A stretch of DNA of 63,322 bases, filler included, from Platydemus manokwari (lineage: Eukaryota), in the NCBI GenBank assembly GCA_037951405.1. It is 5 parts of 5 records of this genome, joined end to end, with 100 filler letters (N's around TTAATTAATTAA, not from the genome) between each part and the next. Parts side by side here need not be neighbours in the genome. Positions count along the whole stretch, not along the records: positions 50,069 to 63,322 come from JBBMOY011780283.1; 4 more parts are not named here. The stretch is one strand, 5' to 3'. Under the pieces are notes generated by a model, which did not search any database, had not been told where the DNA came from, and saw only the letters and a list, made by a program, of their open reading frames with translations. Of this stretch, positions 52,700-63,322 are shown piece by piece (position 1 is the first letter of the stretch; every line of letters starts with the position of its first letter). The translations under genes and the position numbers were made by a program.

Positions 52700-53800
52700 C
52701 GTATTAGTGAAACACTATTGTTCATTTTTTGTGAGTTTTGTTTTTCTTTAAATTTATCTTGAAAACGTAATTTCCCAAATCAATCGATACAAGGTTCTTA
52801 GAACCATGTAATGTTCTTAGCATTTCTTCCACACTTGGCATTGGTAACACTTGTCTTTTTGTTATTAAATTTAACTTTATGAAATCATGACATAATATAA
52901 TATCTTTTCCTTTTTTCTTTCATACACGAAGTATGAGTGTATTTCACCATGTGTAGGACTTCCTTAGAATATTATTTTGTTATCTATTGATTCTTTTTTT
53001 CTAAGTTTACCTGTTGTCTCCGTGATTTTATGTTCATTTCTTTAACTAGTTCTGTGACCACAATATCCCAATAATCTGCCGCAAATACGCGCATGTTATT
53101 CCTGATAATATCCGACAGTTGAAAGCCTTCTTTTAGTATAAGTCACTCTTTAGTTTTCTTAAATCTACCTTTACCATGAAATTTCTTTCGGGATTTTGAT
53201 CTTAAAACACTCTTTTCACGTTTTTTTTCAAATTTGTTTTGAAATGTCACAAAATTTATAGTTTGTAGTGACACCTGATCGATCACTTCAAATGATACCA
53301 TAATTGCTTGCATTCCCAATTCGGATTTTAATGTCTCTTTTTCAATAATCTTTAGTTTACTTTCATTTTCACAACAATCCGTTTATATTTACTCTATTAG
53401 TCTAAGTTTTTCGTAATTATAACATTTATTCATTCTGCAGTGTCTAGTTAAAACAGAAACTCTTTTTTGAATTCTTATAATTGTGCTGGGTCTTCCATGT
53501 ATTCTGTCATGATAAATATTTATAGTTTTTAAGTTTAGGTGTGTTAATATCGTCCTTTCTTTTTTGCTTTCCTTAGTTCTTCATTACCTTTAGTGCTATT
53601 TTTAGTTATAAACTTTATAATTTTCTGATTTTCGTCTATTTCTGGAGTGTTCCTATTTCCATTTTTACACATTTCCCCTGGATATTGGCATCTTTTGCGC
53701 CTAATTGAATTCGGACAATATTTGACAATGCAGTGATTCTCATTACACGCATAGCATGCTAAAACTTTGGGCCTATTGAAATTGTTTGATATATACACGG
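52700..53800 (-). mobile_element. Decayed Ty3/Gypsy gag-pol (Zn knuckle + RT N-terminus)
   Basis: CYACNENHCIVKYCP knuckle-like segment at about 53715-53760. KKKGKDIILCHDFIKLNLITKRQVLPMPSVEEMLRTLHGSKNLVSIDLG at about 52775-52920 matches Gypsy RT (LCxD(Y/F)xKLN, PxPxxEExL, SxIDL). Stops and frameshifts. Confidence 0.85.
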
Positions 53801-54145
53801 TATGAAAAGTTCAAAAATGTAAAATAAATTTATAAAACATAAGACAGATAGAAAACAAATACATAATAAATAAAAATCTGGTGACATTCAGTAGCTACGC
53901 ATGGAATATCTAAGGTTGAATCCATGATAGAATCACTGGATATAATATTTGAAAATCTGTGCACATTTCCTTTTGGACATACACTGAATAAGGGCGAATC
54001 AATAATCAATAATCACACATAATATCGACAATAATGGTACAAATGAATAAATAAATATATGTATTAAAAACGTATTATAAACATAATATAGAGAAAAATA
54101 CAAAAATACAAACAAAAATTTTAAAAAAACTGAACCCACCTTATA

Positions 54146-54390
54146 TATTAGATATTGACTAACAATGAAATCACAAAATTATGATTTAAAATAAGAAGAA
54201 CTACGGGCTCATATTATCAGTAGATACATTTAAAATCGTACAACAGCACAATAATAATCTGTCACTCAAGTCGGAATCAGGACCTGAAAGTCGAATGCAA
54301 AACAGAGACAACCAAGAAGATTGGCTGTTAGAAAAATCACACAGAAATCACAGAACATAATGAAGGTTACCGACCAAAAAAGACTGGTGG
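54146..54390 (+). mobile_element. LTR-like repeat family A copy 3 (5' portion)
   Basis: ttagatattgactaacaatgaaatcacaaaattatgatttaaa...ggttaccgaccaaaaaagactg aligns with 62791-63000 and 46400-46560. Confidence 0.65.
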
Positions 54391-57300
54391 TTATTGTCAA
54401 AAATGAGGTATTTTATAATGTTTCTGCATGCATTATTAAATTGATTCATGTAAACATATTGTTCTGGAATATTCTATTTATTTTTATTTTTTGATTTAAG
54501 TAAATTATTATTGATTTTCTTTTAGAATATTTTAAAGTACATTGATTTAGAATTTTTAATTATTTTTTAAAATTTTATTTCTTACACACGACATTTAATA
54601 ATTATTTTCATATCAAATTATTAAATCGTTTAATTTCAATCAAAATTTTTATAGTATTCCGGTTTTCATTTGTATTGCCTAATATTAAGAGAATGAATGT
54701 AATCCTAGTCTTATAGATTGACATATTTAGAGACTGTGAACCTTAGAAAAATTATTATTGTGTAATTATAAACAATAAATAAGACTTGACTCCAATATAT
54801 TTCTCGGTGTATTGATCAATACAAGAATTACAAAATCTCAACCCAAACTTGACTTTCAGCTGGCAGTTTTCCATCTATACATCGATTTTTATAATCGCGA
54901 TCTGTGTGTATTTTTGTGTCATTTTGGATCTTTAAGTTTTTAGATGATTGGGCTTGGTCAAACCCTATGCGTGTGTTGTTGTGTAGCTATGCCCCTTTTT
55001 ACCATCTAACTTCACTATGATTGGCTGATTGCTATGCCTGTATGGCTGTGTATGCATACAAATGTTTAAAGTGCCAAAACAAGGGTTCCAAGGTGAAATT
55101 TTTTTTCTTTTTGAAGAATTTCATTTCATTCAACAATATTTAGCATGGAATTTGTCTAATTTTGTAAGATTTTCTATGCCTTCATCATGTCATGATTTCC
55201 ATTATAATTGGTTATTTATTTTTCAAGTACAGGCCCACTGGCTTAACACGATTACTAAATTTAGATAAATTTAAATTTAAAAACAATTTGAAGGGTATTG
55301 CGAATTTGTCCACCAATAACTAACCTACAGGTGCTATTGAATGTCGGTAAACATTATTGAAATACAACGCTAATGATGATGGGATATTATATTTGATAAA
55401 TTAATGACACGAAAATTATCAATTAATCCAATGAAGAATCCACAAAAGACTTACTTATTAAACAAACATTGTCAACGAATAACGATGAATTTTACTGTTT
55501 GAGAAATATAAAGGGTTATAAATATATAATTATCTGTATTATGATATGATAAAGCTTATGATTTCTTTACTAATTCCAAGAAAAATCTGAACTGTGCAGT
55601 GTCATAAATTAAATGCGATTTTCCGAAGATATTGTAAAGTTTGTGAACTTGCCAAAAATCTTTTCTTAACTCTCGAATTTATGAACGAGCTTATAACCAA
55701 ATATAGTAATTTCATTCTTCGATCTTAACATTACTGGATTTTGAACAAGTTTAATCAAAAATTTCATATAAATAAACCGAAAAATATGTATGAGCTTTTG
55801 TGAAAATATATACAGACTGGTGCTCTGCTCAGACAGTGAATAAACTTAGAATGCAACATAGGACGAAGATATTACCCATCACTATTAGCGCATAGGTGCG
55901 TGGAAAAAGAAAAATACCGACTTGGAAATGGCAAGATATCAGACCACAGCAAAGAACCATAGTTTGACAAATTAAAAATAAAAAATAAAATCCAAACTCA
56001 TAATTCCAGGTAGCAGTATCCTAGTCTATTAAATGACTTGGAATAGGAAAGAAAGATCTGGAGTAAGAAGAATTAGAGCGTGGATTTAGATACCTGAGGT
56101 TAAGATAGAATCAATCCTAGAAAACAAATCTTCGAATCTCTTCGAGATCTGAAAATCAATACAACCTCAAAAACATTTATAACTGGATTCTTCATTATAA
56201 ACATTGAATTGATTTTTACATTGATTTTAATATTTGAAACCTTAGCGGTCTTTTATCATTTATAATTGCTGATTTATGACTTCAATTTTATATCTGTATA
56301 GAATAATTGTATAATTTTTCTTTTGTATAGAACATCATAAAAATAAAAATACATAAAACGGTAATAATAAAAATATAATCTTAATTATATAAATTTAATT
56401 ATTTTAAAGCTAAAATAAAATTTAAAAACAGAAAAAATTATTACAATAAAATTATTAATCTCAAATAATTTCAATAAAAATTTAACTGATAATAAGCTGT
56501 AATGTCGAAGGATTTTTAACAGTAAAGTTTGAATTAAGGTCCCATGTAATAAAATGTTTTAAAAAATTATTAAAGCGATTAAAAAATCGTAGGTACACGT
56601 GCCTGACATCACCAAGTATATAAACTGGTGGATTTTCATCAAAAATCACTCTCATAAAATCATGATCGATAACTCTATCAAGCAAGCATTTGATAAGCGA
56701 TAACGATCGGAGCGAGATCTATATTTGATATAAAAGATAAAACATTGCGGAAAAACAGAATATTGTTAAACCAAGTAATTCTTTCAAAAAAAAATGATGA
56801 TGAAATCACCAATAAATTTCATCAACAGACTAAATAGAACCCAAAACCAAAAATATCAAAAAAATTAAAATAACAACTACAAAAATTAAATATTGAAACA
56901 TAAGAAATAATTGAAATGCCAGCAAATTTATGATAAACTGGATTTAAAGAATAAATTTGACATATCGGCGAGACTTCTTCTAATTTCCGTGCTTAGAACT
57001 TTGTAAGAAAGATTTAGGGATTTTCGATAACTTAACTTTTCATAATTTATTTTTATGGTAATTATATGAAAGGTTTCATGAAATATAGGGATCGAAAATA
57101 TTTAGTATATCTAAAACATTGGAATAATTTTATAAAAATGAAATAATTAATTTAATAAAATATTTTTAGTATATGAAAAATCATATGTTTGGCGAGCCAA
57201 AAAGTAATTAGAACAAATGTTAACGAATACAATTAGATATAACAGTAAAGCTCGTACTGTAATAGGTTTGAACGACAAGATACACACAGAAGGGATTTCC

Positions 57301-57817
57301 ATGAAATAACTATATAAATAACGAGGTAACTCTTTATGTTCGCCATTTCAAAGAGAAGACTGCTAAATTTGACATGATTTATTGTAGTGTATCAAATTCT
57401 TCAACAAGTGTATTTGTGAGGTAATAGAGTTTTGTATATTATTATGAGTGACATAATTAGTAGCTTAAAGTAATATTGAGTGATAATATTAGCCAACAGT
57501 TGATTCTGAGCTAGAGTATCCAAAAAACGTATCGGAACTTGGTCCTAGTTTTATCAACTTAACTTCATTATACAGGTCCTGTGTCCTTGTGATTTTGACA
57601 TTCGGTGTAAAGTGTAATTAAAATATATCTTAATCAGAAAGATATGTTGGCTTTTACTCAATGAGCACTAGAATTTAATTAATAATTGGATTAAAAATTT
57701 ATAGAGAATCAAATCGTTAAGTTCGAGTAGAAAAAGATTAAAAATTAGATCAAAATAAAAATCAAGCCTATAAACTATAATCAGTCAGTATTATTGATGA
57801 AAGGAATGGTTTAAATA

Positions 57818-58309
57818 CTAAACACAAATCAGAAGACTGTAGAGTGTATCAGGATAATTACAATGATATTTACAATCTGTTGGTGATTTGGAGGACTTAT
57901 TTGTAAAGAAAAACTTATTGGAAGAGATACTGCTGAGACGTATTAAAATCTTAAGGAAGTGCACTTTGCAGAACCTTTGACATTTGTTATTGTGGTAGTT
58001 GTGAGGCATATTTACTATATATTTTAACTGTAAGTAGTCTAATGGTTCCAACTTAAGACATTACAAGTACAATATATTTTAAAATCTGTCGTTATCTAAA
58101 ACATATAATCCCAGCACTGTCGAAATACCTTGTCGTTTTATTTCAAAATTAGTGTCCATTAAAAGTTTAAAATAAATAATTTTTATAATATTGTCTTTAT
58201 TTTTCAATCGAGTCAATAGTTTAAAAATATAGACACACGCTTTGCAATAGTTACTGAATTTTGATAATTGATAAACTGGTACCGATAATAATAGATTAGC
58301 TCTAATCAA
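57818..58309 (-). mobile_element. Possible decayed LINE 3' coding remnant
   Basis: Two collinear ORF fragments separated by stops (…LKLEPLDY…, …KFFFTNK…) loosely resemble the post-RT tail of CR1-like LINEs. Confidence 0.25.
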
Positions 58310-59277
58310 CCTTAGACTAAGTACGGAAAGATTATGCTCAGTTTAAAAACTTCTAACTATATAGAAACTAAAATAATTTTTTCGTGAACCATAAATTACG
58401 AGACAGGGAAATACAAAAGAAAAAACAACAAGAAAATGAAAAAAAAATTACACGTTACAGTGAGAATTTCCCAGAACATAATAGTTTGTTCCTACAAAAG
58501 AAACCAGTGCGAAATGAAATTGGTTTTAAGAAATAAATCAGTTGCGTGAAAACATTATTAACATCTCTCTCTAAGACGATTCGATAATTAATCTATACAT
58601 CGATGACAGTTTTCCTAATTTTTCTAATTGGTAATTGGGCTACAATAATTGCGTGGTAGAATATATTTTATTATCAAAGCGAGATCAATGGCACATATGA
58701 GTAAATTGTAAGACCCTTAGTATATTTTAATAATTTTGGATTTAATAGAGGGATTTTTATAAATCTTCACGTTTTGTTTTTGATTCGAATTTCAATCATA
58801 GTATTAGAGGCTGATAGAAATAATATTACATTATGTTAGGCTGACTTCGCCATAGGCTGTTTGATTGAAGAAATGAACTAACTTTGACAACTAGGGCTTT
58901 TAGCCGTGGCTGATATTATAGTGTTTTAGAGATTTGTTTGATAGTGAGTCGGTAAATTTTAGTATAGATATCATTTTAGAAGATTTGGGAGATTTATCAA
59001 ATTATATTTTATTAGTTTTTTTAAAATTGAATTTCGAACGATGATGTGGAATAAGTTTGAGAGGAGATTGGTCATTATTTTCATGAATATTCAACTACGT
59101 TGTTTATTAAAAATGTCTATTGAAACATTTATATTAATTATTGAAGCTTTATGTTACCACTAAATTGAACTTGTAGTGACACATCTCTAAGTGTTATCAA
59201 AACTTTGATTTCAAATCTTTAAATTACTTGCTCTTATTATAGATTACTTAAAGTAAAAAATTATCATTCTTATTTAA

Positions 59278-59348
59278 CACATTGGCGGACAGTAGGAACA
59301 AATGAAGTTCGTAATTGACGGTTATAGACGCAAGTGTCCGTCAACGTG
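59278..59348. mobile_element. 71-bp TTAA-flanked MITE (piggyBac-like), copy 2
   Basis: TTAA|CACATTGGCGGACAG...GTGTCCGTCAACGTG|TTAA; reverse complement of 10931-11001 with a few substitutions and identical length. Confidence 0.85.
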
Positions 59349-59788
59349 TTAATTTAACAATAAATTAAATAATTATTTGAGTTTTGAATGCTTTTATCGT
59401 ATTATAAATCGTACAAAAAATATCTCGTAAGTATTTTGTATTGCATTAAATTGAATATCAGAGTCATCATAATAAAACTGCTTTTTGTTGATGCACATGT
59501 AATAAAATTTATATTAAAAATTATTGAAATAATTTAACTTGTATTTTAGTTTTAAATTCTTGAAAATTCTTTACATTATTTTTATCGACCATTGTTTTTT
59601 AATATTTTTTTTAAAAATTTTAATTAATATAATTTTTAATTCTCAGAATAACATGTGGTCACTGACACATAATCTTAATTATTATTGAAGATGATAATAA
59701 ATTAAATTAATTTAAATAATCATCTATGTACATTATGTGTTAAATAATTTGTTTTAATATTGTTTCGTTTCAATTTTAATAGCAAAAA

Positions 59789-60991
59789 ATGGAAAGTAGA
59801 AATAAAAAAACTATTTACATCTCTAATTTACCAAGTAATGTGACTGAAGAAGACTTAAAGTCTATTTTTGAAAATTTTGGTACATGTGCTTCATGTGAAT
59901 TAAGTTTGGAAACTTGCTCTGCCTATTTTGAATTTGAAAATGAATCTGGTGCCGATAAAGCTTTGGCAATGGATAACGTTGAAATGGGGTCTAACCAAGT
60001 AAGAGTAGTTATTGCGTTTCAAGACAGTAATCATGTAGAAGAGCCTGCTACCTATACATTAGCTTCAGAAAAGATAGATTACACTAAAGCAGTGCAAATA
60101 TTTGTCGGCGATATGGGATTTGATGTTGATGAGGCTATGTTAAAAGAAGGATTTTCGCAATTCGGAAAGATTTTGGATGCTAAGGTTGTGCGCATGCCAG
60201 ATGGTAAACACCGAGGATATGCTTTCATTTCATTTAGCAATGAAAGTGAAGCAGAAAATGCTATTCATACAATGAACAACACTATGTTTCATAATAGAAA
60301 CATTAAATGCAATTGGGCAACGAAAAACAAAAATGCAAATGGTAGTGGCCAAAATCGTAAATCCTATCAACAACAACAATTTTCGAAAACGTTAGAAGAC
60401 ATAACTTACGAAACGCCTCAATCTAATACAAGTGTTTACGTAACTGGCGAAAATCTAATGGAGGATGTTTTACGATCTTGTTTTGAACGAATTGGAAAAA
60501 TCAAAAATATTAAAGCTTATCCTGAAAAGAATCATGCATTCATTAATTACGAGACTCATGATGCTGCAGCCTATGCTATTTTTCAGTTGAACGGTTACAC
60601 AGTTAATAATACCACGTTGAAATGTAATTGGAGCAAGAAAAATAATGGATCCGGTATGGGTAATGACAAAAGAACGATGGATAACTTTTATAACAATAAT
60701 CATCAATATTATGAGAATTCTCAAGCCCATCAATTTAATAATGGTAATCATCAAATGCAACATTACGATCAATTCTATCCAGCAAATTACCAACCTTCTC
60801 AATTTCAACAACAATATTATAACAATTCACAAGTTCTTGATTACTACAACAATGTGCAGATGCAAAATTATCCTCAACACTATCAAAATAATTTTAACAA
60901 TAGGCCTCAAAAGAACATGAATCCTCAATCGTACCCTTACTACGGTGGATATAATAATTCGCAACAATATAACATGTATCAACAACAATAA
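59789..60991 (+). CDS. TIA1: TIA-1/TIAR-like RNA-binding protein (3 RRMs + Q/N/Y-rich prion-like tail)
   Basis: RRM1 TIYISNLP; RRM2 IFVGDM...RGYAFISF...IKCNWATK; RRM3 TSVYV...YPEKNHAFI...HDAAAYAI...LKCNWSK; QNY-rich C-terminus. Uninterrupted 400-aa ORF. Confidence 0.9.
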   Translation: MESRNKKTIYISNLPSNVTEEDLKSIFENFGTCASCELSLETCSAYFEFENESGADKALAMDNVEMGSNQVRVVIAFQDSNHVEEPATYTLASEKIDYTKAVQIFVGDMGFDVDEAMLKEGFSQFGKILDAKVVRMPDGKHRGYAFISFSNESEAENAIHTMNNTMFHNRNIKCNWATKNKNANGSGQNRKSYQQQQFSKTLEDITYETPQSNTSVYVTGENLMEDVLRSCFERIGKIKNIKAYPEKNHAFINYETHDAAAYAIFQLNGYTVNNTTLKCNWSKKNNGSGMGNDKRTMDNFYNNNHQYYENSQAHQFNNGNHQMQHYDQFYPANYQPSQFQQQYYNNSQVLDYYNNVQMQNYPQHYQNNFNNRPQKNMNPQSYPYYGGYNNSQQYNMYQQQ

Positions 60992-62790
60992 CCATGCTAC
61001 TAAGGTATAATAATGTTGATATTAATAAATTTTAAAAGCAATTTGCAATAGTTTATCTTTCGGTCTTTGTTCATTGATTTTTAAAGTAAATTTTCGATTT
61101 TAGGTCCCGTTTCAAAACCAGGTAAAATTTCAGTTCTGATTTGGAAAAAAGCTAAGGGAACAATGATTTTGGTGGTCAAATATTAAATTTAAGTATTAAA
61201 AAAAATTAAATTATTCTCCAGTTTACCAAAAAAATATGAAAAAAATTGACTTTAAACGAACTTATGGTTATTTCCTGTTTTGTGGATAATTTTCTTCGTC
61301 AAAATTAATGAGTACAGTTGTGATCGATTCTCATTGGTTGATGCTTAATTTTATGTGATGATTAATTATGATTGTGTGCGGGTTTGTGCTAGAGTTTCTG
61401 CATTTTGTGTGTGAATGAATCATGTTAAAAATGACATTTTGTAACTGCAATTCATCATCATCGATAAAAGGATTTGAAGATGTGATGGAAGTGAAAATGG
61501 TTTTAAAATTGTTCATTTAAATCGGTGCTTTAATTTAAATCATTAATTATTTTCCCTATAAATGATATAATTCAGTTGATTTTGACTGTTGGCTTTAGTT
61601 TTTATTCTAATAAGGTTATCACGCGGTTATGACTTTTCACAACTATTATTGATTTCTTTAAGTTGTATAGGTTTGTCATATCAACGCTATACTTTAAATT
61701 GTGATTTGTATTGCGATTTTTAGCTTTAAAATAAGATTTAATTTGGTATATGTATGAATTTTGTTAAAATAATTGGACGAATTATAGCATTGACCATGTT
61801 ATTGGAAAATCTTATTTAACCGAATTATTGTGCCTGACAAAATTATTTTATCAATACTAGAACAAAAATAAAAGTTGTTTTAAAGTTGTATACATTATAA
61901 AATTCCATTCTTCCTTATTAATAGGTCGAATTTTACAAGTCATGTGCTTAGATTGTTAATAGATTGTCAATTCAATCACTATTTATCAATACAATGATCG
62001 ACGAGTTCAAAATGTAGTAAGTTCAAAGAAAAAATCTGGAAAAATTTCGATAGAATAATCAAAAGTACATATTTATGGAAATATAATCACAAAATATTGA
62101 TTTAATTTATTCGAAAATTTCCAAAAAAATGTACTTCAAGACAATTAATAGTTAAATGGGTGAAGTATTGAATGAATAATTTCTCCGATAATGTTAAGTT
62201 GCCAATAAAATTATACTTGGTGATTTTTCAGATGAATTGGCCACTCCAGGAACCGAGTTGGTTATCATAAAATATTACATTTCAATAATTATTTTATTTA
62301 TTATAAAATACATCAATTTTATTAATTTTAACATCGTTATGTTTAACGTTTGGAGGAATTTGGCAAGATTATGGATAAGGAAAATTAATGTGATAAGATC
62401 TTAATCGATTATTTTCTACAATTCTGGCTTTGCCATGAATAAAATGTTCGACGTAACGCAACGATACTGCCTTCACAAAACAATAAATTTGAGTTTTCAT
62501 TAACTTATAAAATGAACTTATTAACACATGTATTGAACTCGTTAATTATTCATGGAACGATCGAAGGAAAGCTTCATATACATCCCATATTTTACTGTAT
62601 GGATATCTCTATTCTAAATATTTGAATATTGAGGTGTTATTTGTTTATTTTGTTGTTGGTTGACATATGGTTATGATTATAAAATTTTCTATTTTGGACA
62701 TCGCTATGCGACACTCATAAACGAAAGAAAAGTAAAGAATTTAGTTGATACAAAAGTTGATTTTACTTTGAAAATAGATTTGATATAAAA

Positions 62791-63210
62791 TGTGTTAGAT
62801 ATTAACCAAAACTGAAATGCTGAAAAATTATGATTTAAACTACAAATAATTGCAGGCTCAACTGGTCAGCAGATACTATAAATTGTCACTAAAGACATGA
62901 TCAGGACGTGAAATTTGAACACAGAACAGAACTGGCTGTCCGAAAAATCGGTCAAAAATCATAGAACATAGTAAAGGTTATAGACCAAAATGACTGTCAA
63001 TTGCTTCTGAAATCCAACTCATTTAAAAGGTTTATTATGTGTGTTCACCTGATGTCCGAGAGCTTCGCTTTTCAATTGATATATTCGTTCATACATCGAT
63101 ATGTTAACAATTTCTCTTACAACTCTCATATCCTTTACGAATATCGGATTTTGTTACCATTTGTTCGTATGCACTAGTTGATTACTGATTTCTAAATATG
63201 GATCGATATA
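62791..63210 (+). mobile_element. LTR-like repeat family A copy 4, interrupted by a DNA transposon
   Basis: Starts TGTGTTAGATATT and aligns with the other copies up to tctaaatatggatcgataTA. Confidence 0.65.
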
Positions 63211-63322
63211 CAGGTAACCCTCGTATAACGCGGTACTTGTACAAAGCGGTTAGGGGTAAAAATAATAAAAATTTTGCGACTTTTTTAAAAAAGGTCTCGT
63301 ATAACGCGGTTTTTTTAAATTG
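63211..63322. mobile_element. Left end of a pogo/Tigger-like (Tc1/mariner) element or MITE
   Basis: TA|CAGGTAACCCTCGTATAACGCGG terminus with subterminal repeats (CTTGTACAAAGCGG; CTCGTATAACGCGG at about 63296). Runs off the window. Confidence 0.7.

Noticed and set aside
60470-60920. Overlapping ORFs on TIA-1
   Set aside because: Shadow frames of Asn/Gln-rich codons.
8560-60991. Non-standard genetic code
   Set aside because: All confidently modelled exons are open under the standard code and end in TAA, TAG or TGA; internal stops are confined to decayed elements.

Overview
AT-rich metazoan nuclear DNA made of five segments joined by 100-nt artificial spacers (44 N + TTAATTAATTAA + 44 N), so adjacency across the spacers is not reliable. 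Genes have very short GT-AG introns (33-62 nt) mixed with 1-2 kb repeat-filled introns. This fits a compact invertebrate genome such as a reduced parasite; the taxon is an inference. Genes were rebuilt by hand from splice sites and compared with family sequences recalled from memory (no database search). They are: laminin beta (5' exons), phosphorylase kinase beta (3' nine exons, ending in CaaX CLIS), the last exon of adenosine deaminase, a 4-exon MED28-like gene missed by the ORF track, an RNF41/NRDP1 RING ligase that seems to lack its C-terminal domain, a 789-aa single-exon orphan ORF, an intron-free Tra2-like ORF with an expanded repeat tail, the 3' end of an intron-containing MPEG1/perforin-2, and an intron-free TIA-1/TIAR ORF. 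Intergenic DNA and long introns are full of decayed mobile elements: Gypsy gag/RT/integrase, R2/NeSL-like RT, CR1-like LINE, hAT-like, an LTR-like family with 4 copies, and a pogo/Tigger-like end. There is also a 71-bp TTAA-flanked MITE in two copies and a dispersed repeat with intron/exon structure. No rRNA, tRNA or CRISPR was found. I see no single clearly new system; the most unusual signals are listed as findings.
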